A stretch of 64,000 bases of DNA, from NCBI GenBank assembly GCA_030867685.1, contig JAQOWU010000008.1, positions 1,426,001 to 1,490,000 on the forward strand, given 5' to 3'. Under the pieces are notes generated by a model. That model did not search any database, was not told where the DNA came from, and worked only from the letters and a program-made list of their open reading frames with translations. A program made the translations under genes and the position numbers. Each line of letters opens with the position of its first letter. Positions within the stretch are counted from its first letter, which is position 1. Source of the stretch: Wickerhamiella versatilis. Its lineage: Eukaryota. Below are positions 1 through 11,500 of this stretch, one piece after another.

Positions 1-1347
1 ATGGGGGCGGTACTCTCTGTGCCGTTGATTCCAATCCAAATGGGTGCCAGTGCAGTTTCGAGCTGCATTGGGGCTGGAATTTCCAGCTGCATATGTAGTG
101 GTCTAGGTACAACCTTCACTTCAAGTATAGCCGCCCGATTGCTGTACGCGATAATTTTCATTATCAACAGTCTGATATCTTGGATATCCCTGAGCTCATG
201 GGCAATTGGAAAACTAGATCTTCTTAAATATGCATGTGGAAGTGATAATTGTACTGGATTCACCGCTGTCCATCGTATCAATGCTGGATTGGGATTCCTA
301 CATCTAGCGCTAGCTGGCATTTTATTAGCCCTCCCGGCAGCTACAAGACCATCCCAAAGACATTCAATACAAAATGGCTGGTGGCGTGCCAAAATCGTTT
401 TTTGGATGTCCGCAGTCGTGCTCGGTTTCTTCATTCCCCCAGGAGCCTGGGTGGTGTGGGGAAATTATTTCTCACCGGCATTCTCTTTTATCTTTATCTT
501 TATTGGTCTGGTATTATTGATCGATTGTGCGTATAGTTGGGCTGAGACGTGTATCGAAAATGTGGAGACAGCTGACGACACCAATACAGTTCGGACCTGG
601 CAGAGTATCCTCATCAGTTCCACTCTAGGACTTTACATTGTTGCACTAGTACTCACCGGTGTCATGTGCTGGTTTTTTGCGAATACAGGCTGTTCGATGA
701 ATCAAGCTGCTATCACGATCAATGTTGTTTTGGCAATCATCATATCAGTCATTAGTGTGCATCCCACGGTTCAGGATTATAATCCAAGAGCAGGCCTTGC
801 CCAAAGTGCTATGGTAACGGCATACTGTACCTATCTCACGATGTCAGCAGTTGCCAGCGAGCCAGACGATCGTAATTGCAACCCACTTGTGAGATCAAAG
901 GGTACGAGAAAACTATCTATAATTCTTGGTGCAATTTTCACTTTCCTGGCCATTGCATACACCACCACCCGAGCTGCTTCTTCTTCTTCTTCCGGTGAGT
1001 ATGCCTTGCCGGAAGACGAAGACCAGAACATCAGGCGTCGGGCATTGGAAGAAGCTGTACAGGAAGGAACTCTTCCTGCCTCTGCATTAGAAATGCAGGA
1101 ATACGAGGATGACAGTCAAGAGAATGATTCGTATAATTATGTCCTATTCCATCTGGTTTTCTTCTTGGCCACCCAATATACGGCAACGTTGCTCACCATG
1201 AACGTGGAAAAGGATCTCAATGATCACTTCATCCCTGTGGGGCGCACGTATTTCTCAACCTGGCTTAAGATTGTTTCCAGCTGGTTGTGCTATATGCTCT
1301 ATGCTTGGTCGTTGGCTGCACCTTGCTTGATGCCAGACAGATTCTAA
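1..1347 (+). CDS. TMS1: SERINC/TDE-family multi-pass membrane protein (Tms1)
   Basis: 448-aa ORF starting MGAVLS with a Cys-rich N-terminus, many TM segments, and motifs IQNGWW, AYCTYLTMSAVASEPDDRNCNP and C-terminal WSLAAPCLMPDRF typical of SERINC. Confidence 0.93.
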   Translation: MGAVLSVPLIPIQMGASAVSSCIGAGISSCICSGLGTTFTSSIAARLLYAIIFIINSLISWISLSSWAIGKLDLLKYACGSDNCTGFTAVHRINAGLGFLHLALAGILLALPAATRPSQRHSIQNGWWRAKIVFWMSAVVLGFFIPPGAWVVWGNYFSPAFSFIFIFIGLVLLIDCAYSWAETCIENVETADDTNTVRTWQSILISSTLGLYIVALVLTGVMCWFFANTGCSMNQAAITINVVLAIIISVISVHPTVQDYNPRAGLAQSAMVTAYCTYLTMSAVASEPDDRNCNPLVRSKGTRKLSIILGAIFTFLAIAYTTTRAASSSSSGEYALPEDEDQNIRRRALEEAVQEGTLPASALEMQEYEDDSQENDSYNYVLFHLVFFLATQYTATLLTMNVEKDLNDHFIPVGRTYFSTWLKIVSSWLCYMLYAWSLAAPCLMPDRF

Positions 1348-1389
1348 ATTATATTTATATGTAACGTGCGTATGCGAATATGTAAGCAG

Positions 1390-3393
1390 ATGCCTATGGA
1401 CAGGATCTTCGTGAAGAGATTGGTGCTTCGGGCACTTGTAGGCAAAGATGCTTGGTTTCGCAGCATTCCTCAGCCAGTAAATATTAGTTTTTCAATCCAA
1501 AAATCCCTGAAAGGGCCGGGAGTTCGTGATGACATTGAAGGTAGTGTGGACTATGATATGATATCTCAGAAGATTCAGAACATTTTGGAGAAGAATCATC
1601 ATTCATCTATTTTGAACGCTGCTAATTCAGTCGTTTCAGAGCTTCCTCCTCGATCTATTGTTCAATTGTCCATGCCAAAGGCAGTTCTTCGGGCGAAAGA
1701 GATTGAGGTGGAGCTACCTAGCAACTTGCTTACGATTCGTGGACTGGTGGTTGGTTGTATTGTGGGACTCAATTCTGTTGAGCGTGAACACAAACAAAAT
1801 GTGGTTGTAGACGTTGAACTAAGTCCAATCCCGGATGACCCACACTCAGTAGTTGAGAGTCTCGTCCAGAAAATAGAGCAGAGCTCATTCCTCACCGTTG
1901 AAGCGCTCTCCGAATTCCTTGCTTCATTCGTAATTCGGTCCAATATTGGAAATAAAGTGAAGGTACGAGCTTGTAAGCCGAGTGCTCTAGACTTGGCGGA
2001 ATTTGCCGGAGTAGAAGTGTGTCGTGACCAAGCAAATTCAAAATATGACGACTTTGTGTATATTGCCTTCGGCTCCAATGTTGGAGACAGTGTTGATGTC
2101 ATTAGAAATTCGATCCATGAGCTCAGTAAACGTGGTATCGATGTTGTGAGCACCTCTCGACTATACGAGTCTGCCCCTATGTACTATCAAAACCAGCCCC
2201 CTTTCATAAATGGGGTCTTTTGCTGCTCTACTGATTTAAGTCCACATGATTTGTTGAGGGCTTTGAAAGACGTTGAGTACAAAGTATTCGGGCGTGACGT
2301 CTCCACCGAAAGAAACGGTCCAAGATCTCTGGATTTGGACATATTACTGTATAAAGGACAGTATATCCTAGAGAGCGATTTGATTATACCCCACAATGAT
2401 CTGAAGAATCGCTCATTCGTGCTGAAGCCCCTAAGTGATGTTGCCCCACACATTCAGATTGATGGTTGTAGTGTCGAAGATCATCTTAAAGAGCTCCCTA
2501 CCTCCACTAGCGATCAATCCTCGTCGTCTCTAACTACCTTGTCTCCATTGAAACATGGCAATTTTGCAGCCTCCGCGACAGATGTTATGGCTATTATCAA
2601 TGCCACCCCTGACTCTTTCAGTGATGGTGGTAAGACACATTCAGTGGGTATATTGGAAACTGCTAGGCGTTGTGTTGCTGAGGGAGCGACTATACTTGAT
2701 GTCGGTGGACTTTCAACCCGGCCAGGGTCAGTAGCTTGTTCTATAGAGGAAGAGACCAAAAGAGTACTTGAAGTTGTGGAATCTCTACGCAAACTTCCAG
2801 AATTTGATAGGATTCCAATCTCCGTTGATACTTATCGAAGCGAGGTCGCATCTGCAGCTCTTGCTGCAGGGGCAGATATAGTAAACGATGTTTTTGCAGG
2901 TATGCAGGACCCCAAGATCTTAGATCTTGTAGCCTCCACGGGTGTACCAATCATTATGATGCACTCCCGTGGCGATCCTTCGAATATGAAAACACTGACA
3001 GACTACCCTGAGGGAGTCATAAAAGGAGTAGCCACAGAACTAGCTGTCCGTGTTCGTGAGGCAGAATCTAAAGGTATTTGTCGGTGGCAAATATTCCTTG
3101 ATCCCGGTCTCGGCTTTGCTAAGACGCCTCAGCAGGATGCAGAATTACTTTCTCACCTCTCATCGGTTTCGTCACATGAACCTATACTCTCCGGTCTACC
3201 TTGGCTGGTTGGCCCTAGTCGTAAGAGCTTTATTGGAGCCATAACGAATGTTAAGAACCCTACAGAGCGTGTTCCTGGAACAATTGCCGCTGTCACTTGT
3301 TCCGTTCAACAGGGTGCAGCAATTGTTAGAGTTCATGATGTGGGAGCCGCCAAGCAAGCAACAATGGTAGCCGACGCTTTTTGGAGAAGTTGA
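1390..3393 (+). CDS. FOL1: Trifunctional folate synthesis protein (DHNA x2, HPPK, DHPS)
   Basis: Two FolB-like domains, HPPK motifs (YIAFGSNVG, NGPRSLDLDILLY, PH) and DHPS motifs (INATPDSFSDGG, STRPG, DPGLGFAK, SRKSF, VRVHDV). Start is uncertain (ATGs at 1372, 1390, 1396). Confidence 0.95.
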   Translation: MPMDRIFVKRLVLRALVGKDAWFRSIPQPVNISFSIQKSLKGPGVRDDIEGSVDYDMISQKIQNILEKNHHSSILNAANSVVSELPPRSIVQLSMPKAVLRAKEIEVELPSNLLTIRGLVVGCIVGLNSVEREHKQNVVVDVELSPIPDDPHSVVESLVQKIEQSSFLTVEALSEFLASFVIRSNIGNKVKVRACKPSALDLAEFAGVEVCRDQANSKYDDFVYIAFGSNVGDSVDVIRNSIHELSKRGIDVVSTSRLYESAPMYYQNQPPFINGVFCCSTDLSPHDLLRALKDVEYKVFGRDVSTERNGPRSLDLDILLYKGQYILESDLIIPHNDLKNRSFVLKPLSDVAPHIQIDGCSVEDHLKELPTSTSDQSSSSLTTLSPLKHGNFAASATDVMAIINATPDSFSDGGKTHSVGILETARRCVAEGATILDVGGLSTRPGSVACSIEEETKRVLEVVESLRKLPEFDRIPISVDTYRSEVASAALAAGADIVNDVFAGMQDPKILDLVASTGVPIIMMHSRGDPSNMKTLTDYPEGVIKGVATELAVRVREAESKGICRWQIFLDPGLGFAKTPQQDAELLSHLSSVSSHEPILSGLPWLVGPSRKSFIGAITNVKNPTERVPGTIAAVTCSVQQGAAIVRVHDVGAAKQATMVADAFWRS

Positions 3394-3956
3394 TGAAAGG
3401 CATTCAGGTGATATTAGCTGTAGCTTATATATATCTTGACTATAGAACTTGCGCATTGATGTGATCGATCTCTGATGTAGAAATATATATCATATCACCA
3501 CTGTGTCTGTGAATAACTTCCTTTCCCGGTAGCCATGCTAATTCATTCTCAGGTTAGAAGGACTATATTGATAAATTAACCCAGTGGCTGCGTTTCTATC
3601 ATTGCCACACAATGAGCTCAGTTTCTATGTCTTTAGCTCCAATGATGTCAAGTCACAATTTGACGACATGATGATTTTAATGACTTACTCTTTTCTTTTT
3701 TTTTAAAAAAAAAGGAAGAATACGAAGAATGGGTAGATTATAGCTTACTGTCGCTATACGGTTAGTAGCGACCTATGTAGCCTTACTGCTATGATATAAC
3801 GTCTGATTAGTACTTACATGAGGATCTTGACAAGAATGAGATCACAATGTCTAAGTCGATATTTCTTCATATTTACAAGCATGTGGAGGTTTAGTGTGCC
3901 CATGGAATTGGAAAGATAATAAAAGATAATCTATATTCGAAATCTTCAAAAGTCAT

Positions 3957-5393
3957 TCAACAGTTTAGATTTTTCACCCGTTCATATAAGCCACGGTACA
4001 ACCAAGGTTGGTGGTATGAATAGTCGGTTGCTAAAGCCAAACAGCGTTTAGCTTCTCGGGGAAATTGGCTGTCGGCCCACTCACGTGAGGCTAAGATTTC
4101 CCAAAATGCAGCCTTGCGAAAATATGGGCGAGGCGATGCTTTTGTATATGCATGTGCTACGCGCTCCATGAGAAGAGCGTAACTTAAAGGTCCAACGAGC
4201 CGCTCATCCAGAGCACGGCGGAGCCACTTGGAGGCTCCCAATGCCGCATGTTCATCTGCAAGGAGCTCTCCCACCACGACAGCGCACCTTAGGGCCCGAA
4301 TTGGGGTGTGGCAACGGTGAATAGCAGTGTAAACCGAGCTATCGGTGTTGGCATCTACTGTCGCGGCTAGGGCAACTGTACCAACCTTCCCTAGCATTAG
4401 CTGCGTTATAGAACTAGCCTGTTGAACTGCAGCCAGGTAAGGCCATGCTTTGTCTGCAAGGAATTCTTTTTTCAGCGACTCATATGTTTGATTTGCGAGA
4501 CGGTAATCGCGGAGGAAAAATGCGAAGTCTGCAAGTTGACGTGCTTGTGCTTCAGGAGATATAGCAGAGTAACCGGATGCTCCACGATATTCACGAGATG
4601 GACCTGCCATCCGTTCTTCGTCATTTGCTATTAGCTGTCTTTGTTGTACTATAGTCACATTAGCAAGAATATTTGTTTCAGGTCGAGGCGGAGATGTGGT
4701 GCCGATATATTTCTTAGAGAAACTAACAAGGCGTCCTGCGAACCCCCCGCTTTGTTTTTGTGTCTCTTCATGCCACGCTACGAGGCATTGTTCCATATAA
4801 GGTATTAATGATTGTCGCACAAATCGTCGAATTGCACTACCTAAGGATTCGAAGGTAATTTTCTCATGATGAATTCCAAATAAAAATTTAACATGCGGCA
4901 TTATTTCAGGTTCTTGGCCTTCATTGTCTAGTACGAGACAGTATCGAAGATAATTCCTGTTGACGAATGGAGGTAGAGCATTCCTACTTTCTTCGATTAA
5001 GTTTTCAAGGTCAGAAATTGAGTCAGATGCAGTAATTATGAGTAGACCAGCTACTGGATGGGCCAATGCTTCAAACGCAACAGGAACACCATCACCACCA
5101 AGCAGTTTTCTAATCCAAGTTTCATAGAAGTCAGGCTGGCCAAGACATTGCACCAAACTTTCTTCCAAATCATTTGCAGTGATAGATGACCCAAAGCCAA
5201 ATGTAACGCCAAACTGCGATGCTTCCCTGGATATCGCATTGGCGTCCTTAACTGTCACCGGTCCTGAGTAGGGGTTCCTTTCAAGATAGGCTAAAGAATT
5301 TAGCCCATACGTCTTCAAAAAGGCCTCATCGGCACGACCAGATGATTTGACATCCACGCGAGGCTGCAACGTACCCGCTATGAGAGCCTCCAT
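3957..5393 (-). CDS. TRS85: TRAPP III-specific subunit Trs85 (short form)
   Basis: Motifs FEALAHPVA, FVRQSLIPYME, SPEAQARQLADFAFFLRDY, RKAAFW. Divergent from a TM9 gene, as TRS85/TMN2 are in S. cerevisiae. Confidence 0.85.
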   Translation of the reverse strand: MEALIAGTLQPRVDVKSSGRADEAFLKTYGLNSLAYLERNPYSGPVTVKDANAISREASQFGVTFGFGSSITANDLEESLVQCLGQPDFYETWIRKLLGGDGVPVAFEALAHPVAGLLIITASDSISDLENLIEESRNALPPFVNRNYLRYCLVLDNEGQEPEIMPHVKFLFGIHHEKITFESLGSAIRRFVRQSLIPYMEQCLVAWHEETQKQSGGFAGRLVSFSKKYIGTTSPPRPETNILANVTIVQQRQLIANDEERMAGPSREYRGASGYSAISPEAQARQLADFAFFLRDYRLANQTYESLKKEFLADKAWPYLAAVQQASSITQLMLGKVGTVALAATVDANTDSSVYTAIHRCHTPIRALRCAVVVGELLADEHAALGASKWLRRALDERLVGPLSYALLMERVAHAYTKASPRPYFRKAAFWEILASREWADSQFPREAKRCLALATDYSYHQPWLYRGLYERVKNLNC

Positions 5394-5867
5394 TCAGGAT
5401 CAGCTTAGATCAGCCAAGGACAACCAACCATTACGCGGTGAGATATGGCATGGCATATGGCACCTCAAAGTCTTGTGCTTTTTTGGTATATTAATACACG
5501 TATATTTTAGAATTATGAAGTAGAAAAGGTTCATCTCATCCGGATTGAAATTATTTATTGAAACGAACTCGATGGGCTTAAGCTACACGTCATGGACTAC
5601 CAATGCAATAGTAACTAAGAGCAGCAACAGAAGAGCTTGATATTTATTCCGTTGGGTCAATATGATAACAGCTCCAGATCGATAAACACAGATCAAAAAC
5701 GAGAACTTTCTGTGTCATACGTCTATCGGCGACAAGATTTACAACCCATTTCAACATACATACATGGTCGATATGAAGGACGCAAAGTTTCAAATCCGCA
5801 TTTATTGTAACTAAAAAAGCCTGAATCAAACTGCAATCGAGAGGCACAGTTTACAGGTTACTCAGCG

Positions 5868-7751
5868 ATGTTAGCTGCGTTGGTAGCTGCCCTTGGCAGT
5901 GCTTCGGCATACTACCTACCGGGCCTGGCTCCCAAAGACTTTTCGGTAGGCGAAGAAGTTCCTGTTCTTGTCAACCGGCTCACAAGTGAAGGTGGAGGTG
6001 ATATTCAAGGTAGTGTCATGGGATATGATTATTATAATCCACATCTGAAATTTTGCGAGCCGGAGGGCGGTAAAAAGTCAGTAGGAGGGTCTCTTGGAGC
6101 CATTTTTTTCGGTGATCGTTTATACACCAGTCCCTATAAGCTGGAAGTGCTCAAGGACCAAGATTGCAACTTCGTTTGCGAAACAACGTATAACGCACAA
6201 GACCACGAATTCATGACTCGAAAAATAGCTATGAATTTCTATCATTATTGGCTAATCGATGGATTGCCAGTATTTGGGCGGGAAAAGTCGACCTCGGACA
6301 ACGACGATAATGTTCAGTATCAGAATGGGTTCCCACTTGGTGCAATTATCAATTCTGAAAACGAAAACTCCGACATCTATGCATTGTTCAACCACCATGA
6401 GATTACAGTAGAGTATCACCAGACTGCCGATGGCAAGATCCGTATTGTTGGTGCAACAGTGATTCCACATTCGATTAACAATAAAAATATTCCCGATTTC
6501 AAATGTGACCAAACTTCAGATCATGTGGAAATGAGGCCAGACGATCTCAATGAGATTAAAGTTGTATTTTCATACTCTGTAAAATGGGTTGCTTCAGAAA
6601 CATCGTGGGCTACTCGATGGGACAAATATTTGAAGCCCGCAGAATCTCGTGTCAGTTGGTTCGGGCTCACGAACACGATGCTCTTAGTATTCTTTACGTT
6701 GGTTTTTGCAGCATTGACACTGACACGCATGGTGCGTAAGGACATTGCCCGTTATAATGAGATTGATCTTGCAAATGACGACATACCTGAAGAGCATGGC
6801 TGGAAAATTGTGCATGGCGATGTATTCCGACCTCCTCGTGGTACTATGTACCTCGCAATATGTATAGGGTCTGGTGCACAAGTTTTAGCAACGTTCGCTG
6901 TGACCCTGTTTCTAGCTGTACTGGGTTTTCTTAGTCCAGCAAACCGGGGCGCATTCCCGACAGTTTTACTATTGAGTAACTTCCTCGGTGGTGCTATATC
7001 GGGCTATGTAAGTGCTCGTGTCTATAAAACCTGGGGAGGACAAAGGTGGAAGACAAATCTGCTATTTACGCCAACGATCCTACCAATGATTATTTTTGGA
7101 ATGTTCATCTGTATCAATTTTCTGCTAGTATTGAGTCAAGCCTCCGGAGCTGTTCCAGTAGGTCAAATTGTTGAGCTCGTGGCTATATGGGGCCTAATTG
7201 GTGTGCCACTGTCCCTCGGTGCTGGCTTCTATGCACTGAAGAAAAAGGTTCCTGAGCCTCCTGTCAGGGTCAACCAAATTCCTCGTCAAATTCCACCCAA
7301 GAAATGGTATTATCGTACCCCGGTATTCATGTTAATCGGTGGTATCCTTCCGTTTGCCACAATAAGCCTTCAGCTACACTACATCATGACCGCGATTTGG
7401 TTCCAGCGCATATATTATATGTTCGGCTTTTTGTTCGTGTCAGTTGCGGCACTCGTTCTATTGACGGTTATAATAAGTCTTCTGGCCCTTTATTACTCTT
7501 TATGTGCTGAAGATTATAGATGGCAATGGCGTGTTTTCTTTGTAGCTGGCTCTCCAGCAGTCTACGTCTGGATATATACATTGTATTATCTCGTACACTA
7601 CATGAATCTTGCATACACATCAGGCAAGCTACTCTATATTGGATATTGTTCATTGGCAAGCTTCCTTTGTTTTTTGGCTCTTGGCTGTGCTGGATCTCTT
7701 GCTTCTCATTCATTCCTACGCTACATATATGCGTCAATTAAAACTGATTAA
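5868..7751 (+). CDS. EMP70: Transmembrane 9 superfamily protein (Emp70/Tmn2)
   Basis: Signal peptide then YYLPGLAP; motifs GWKIVHGDVFRPP, PVRVNQIPRQIP, EDYRWQWR; C-terminal KxD (IKTD). Confidence 0.93.
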   Translation: MLAALVAALGSASAYYLPGLAPKDFSVGEEVPVLVNRLTSEGGGDIQGSVMGYDYYNPHLKFCEPEGGKKSVGGSLGAIFFGDRLYTSPYKLEVLKDQDCNFVCETTYNAQDHEFMTRKIAMNFYHYWLIDGLPVFGREKSTSDNDDNVQYQNGFPLGAIINSENENSDIYALFNHHEITVEYHQTADGKIRIVGATVIPHSINNKNIPDFKCDQTSDHVEMRPDDLNEIKVVFSYSVKWVASETSWATRWDKYLKPAESRVSWFGLTNTMLLVFFTLVFAALTLTRMVRKDIARYNEIDLANDDIPEEHGWKIVHGDVFRPPRGTMYLAICIGSGAQVLATFAVTLFLAVLGFLSPANRGAFPTVLLLSNFLGGAISGYVSARVYKTWGGQRWKTNLLFTPTILPMIIFGMFICINFLLVLSQASGAVPVGQIVELVAIWGLIGVPLSLGAGFYALKKKVPEPPVRVNQIPRQIPPKKWYYRTPVFMLIGGILPFATISLQLHYIMTAIWFQRIYYMFGFLFVSVAALVLLTVIISLLALYYSLCAEDYRWQWRVFFVAGSPAVYVWIYTLYYLVHYMNLAYTSGKLLYIGYCSLASFLCFLALGCAGSLASHSFLRYIYASIKTD

Positions 7752-7783
7752 GCAGGGAACGGCTGGGGTGACTAAAAGCTGGT

Positions 7784-8275
7784 ATGGCTTTAAACGCCGC
7801 TGCCAGGGCAGCTCTTCGTAAACAGAAGGACGGAAAGACGTCTAAAGTTACCATTAAAAGTGATGTCGAAGAGATGCGAAGTGCAGGCCGCTCTAAATTG
7901 GAAGAGCTAGCTGGAAATAAAGAATTGGCCTGCGAAATTGAAGAAGAAATGTTTAGATGTTGCGGTGGCGTGACACAAAAATATCGAACTGCATTTCGCA
8001 GATTGTATATATGTTTACGCAACCCAGATACAAAGGCCAAAGATCGTTTAACGAATGAGGACTTGTCTCCATCTGAACTTGTACACTTAGCTGTCGAAGG
8101 CAAGACAGATGCGTTAAAAGCAGATTGGCAACTCAAAGCAGATGAGAAGATGAAGGAGGTTGGATTGAAGCAAACAGTAGGAAAGAAGCTGGTACCCGCG
8201 AGCCTCGAAACATTAATGGATGGTCGCGAAGCATCTAAATGGGGTATGGGCAAATCGCAAGCAGCAAAAGATTGA
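7784..8275 (+). CDS. Small protein with a TFIIS central (TFIIS_M)-like domain
   Basis: 163-aa ORF; the segment EIEEEMF...QKYRTAFRRLYICLRNP...RLTNEDLSPSELV resembles TFIIS domain II. No zinc ribbon or PHD. Confidence 0.6.
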   Translation: MALNAAARAALRKQKDGKTSKVTIKSDVEEMRSAGRSKLEELAGNKELACEIEEEMFRCCGGVTQKYRTAFRRLYICLRNPDTKAKDRLTNEDLSPSELVHLAVEGKTDALKADWQLKADEKMKEVGLKQTVGKKLVPASLETLMDGREASKWGMGKSQAAKD

Positions 8276-8514
8276 ATATTATGTAGTTATTTTCAAATAC
8301 AGATGCTGTTGCAAAAAAAAGCTTAATTTACAACCCCCCGACCCCCTCTAAATGCAGTAAAGGCTAGATGTGTGTCAACCCCACAGTCACGCCTTTTGGT
8401 ATATACACATCACTACTTAAACAATAAATTGATTACTCATTTTATATCATAATACATTATACTTGGGGACATTATATCTCTGGTAGTTCCCTGTGTCGCT
8501 GGCTATCGGAGATG

Positions 8515-11500
8515 CTATTGATTGATTGCTTGTTGCATGTAGTTCTGTGTATCAGATTGCAACTGCGAAGCTGAATCAGACTCCGCATTTGATGTGTTCG
8601 GTTCTCCTTTGCCTCTAATTTCCATGGGAATCTCAAGGTCTTCGATCTTGTTTAAACGTGCTTGCAAAGGTCTCATTGACTGCTGAGCAGCTAGAAGAAC
8701 ATCACGCCGTAGGACTCGTTTGGATGATTGTGATTGATTTGGAGAAGAATCAAAAGTCTTGCGTTCCTCCAGTAGCATCCGCAGATAAAGGCAGATTACA
8801 AGGTCATCTGGGGCAGAAGGTGGACCTTGGCCATTGTTTAATCTTTTGATTTCCAAGGCGTAATGCAATGCCAATACCCAGGGTTGCCAAATAGGGGACT
8901 CAGATTGACCCAGTTCCTTCAATTGTACCTCAATTTTTCGTTTGAGCACGTCAAACTCGGCACTGTTAAGTGAGAAGATTTCTCGATCACTAAATCGCGG
9001 CAAAAAACCTATGACATCCCTGATCAATGAGACGCATCGGCTGCAGATATATTCCCAAACGATTTTGCTATCATACATGGCGGGAAATCGTCGGAACTTT
9101 CTCAAAAGCATAAGAAGACCTTTATCATCTTTAGACCTGAACATTAGATCTGCTAAATATTTGACATATTCAGACATATAAACGAGACGTTGTCCAGGTC
9201 GTTCTAAATCTGTACGCCAAATCTGTAGAGGCTTTGTTGACTTAGGACCAACAAGATTCATCATCTCCAGCCGTGCACTATTGATATCGCCTTGATGTTC
9301 GTATATCTTAGCCAGATAGTAATGCGGTCTATGAAGCCACTTGCGTTTTTCGACAAGCTTTTTCAGGGCTCTAATAGCCGTCTCATCAACAGTGTCACCG
9401 CCATCAGCAAATGAAACGCTTTGAATATAGTTTTTAGCTTCTTCGGACGTTATTTTACCCTCATGATAGTAAAATGTGGAAAGTGTTACTATACATTGAC
9501 TTGCCTCTGGCATCGGGTCAGTCCCTGCGTCGCAACGCACAACGGAGGAGTAAATTGCTTGTTTTAGAACATCGTGTGGGGGTAAGCCCAGAGCAAACCC
9601 AATTTTAGCCAGGAGCCACTCAACAGACCAGTCAGACTGAAACTTCAATGAATGTTCAAGTGAGCATATAGCCAATCGCAGGCAAAGTTTGCGTGAAGCT
9701 CTGGGCGGCATACTTTCACTTATCGTTGTGTTATCACTTGCTACCCAAGGTAGAACTGGTCTGAAATAGTCAAGGGGGCGCTCGTTGAGTGGCGAAGTTA
9801 CGCTGAGCCATAGTAAACGACCAAAATGAGACCACACACCTGGCACTAGTGATTTGCTAAATCGTTCAGGAAGGCTAGCCTTCCCTGGTCTCCGAAGACA
9901 GGACACAGCATATGCTGCGGTCACAAGTGCATGATGAGACCACTGTCCAGTAATGGAATCTGGTTCATACACTGCTACATGTTCACTGATAAGATCATAA
10001 GTCTGGGAAAGCGCGAACCAAGATTCGAAGCGCAAAGGCACCTGGCCAAGATCTAACTCAAAAAACTTCACCGCATCCTGTAGTTCTTCCACTTTTATTG
10101 CTTGTGTTTGACGGGCTCTAGATTTAAAGTGAGTGAGCTGAATCCAGCCTAATGTAAACCATAGATCATTTTGTTGTTCACTCCTGCCCCAGGTAGGAAC
10201 AAGATACCCTTGCCATGCTTTCTTGAAAAATTCACTTGATAGCTTTTCATGTTCTATTGTGTGAGATACTCGCAAAGCCAAATCATTTGATTTCGGCGGT
10301 ACACCTAAGGCTTCCTGAAACTGGGTCAAAACTTGACGTACATCTGTACGCATTAGGGAGGTTCCTACATTGCGTCTTCCCAATATTAAACCCAGTGTGA
10401 ATGGTAAAAGTTTTTGTGCTTCTTCTAAGGTTAGCGTTTTGGCCTTCGTATGATGGTCGACAACTGTGCCCCCTTCAACAACAGCAGAGAGGTTAAAGCC
10501 GTAGCAGCAATGGAGGCATTGAGCCATATCCAGATCAGAACCATGCCAGGAAAGCTTAAGAAGTTCTGAAATGTGGAATTTTACCAGTATGTTATCGCAT
10601 AGCATACAGTAGCCCTGAACCCCAAGACGCTCGTGGACTATACTTAAGAGGTCGTTCCAGATATCTGGAGTGGTATCACGAGGTAGTAGCTCTCGATATG
10701 CGATCAAGAATAGCGTCCACCAATAGATAACCAGCTCCCTGAATTTGACCGCTGCACTTTCCCATGAAGGATGTTGGGACGCCTGGATCACATTGTCGTT
10801 TACAGCGCTATCGAACAGTAAAAATGCTTGCAATGTTGGGAGTAGCCGAAGAGTTTGGTGTAAGAGTTTGCTTGCGACCTCGAAGGTGACCAGCTCTCTA
10901 GATTCTGTTAGCAAAAGTATCAGTCGCCGAGAAACATTATGTGCAACACTCAAGGTATTTAGTGAAATAGTTGGAGCATCAAGAGCAGTATCCATGATTT
11001 CCAGCAAGCCCTCAAGTGTTTTAAGAGGCTCATTAATGCTTTCGTATCTGTCCAGCAGTAAGTACCAGAGATTTAAACGAAATTGAGGAGATGCAGTATT
11101 AAGAAACTGGGCAATAGCCGCATGCTCAGGAATATCTGTAGGATGTTGATCTGGCATTAGTATTGCTTCAAGAAGTGAAGTGTTCTCATGTAGATTGTCT
11201 TCACTTGACTCAAAAATCTTAGAAAACACCGATGCAGCTTTAAACTTCGAAATTTGAGTGTGACAACTGGTTCTACTGAGAGTAGGTAAGTATGCATAAT
11301 TTGGAAATTCTATCTCAAACTCATCGACATGTTCAAGTATTGTTTCAAACCTTTGCATACTTATATCTGGATTTAATTCGTGCATTTGATCAACCAAAGC
11401 ACTAACCCATGCATGTCGGAGTACTATGAGTTTGTCGACAAGTAGATCACTCGATAAGACGCGCCATCTATTCAAACTATCCAGCAATTCGAGAGCATGA

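Noticed and set aside
7738-8253. 171-aa minus-strand ORF
   Set aside because: It is antisense to the TFIIS_M-like gene and has no recognisable features; a shadow ORF.
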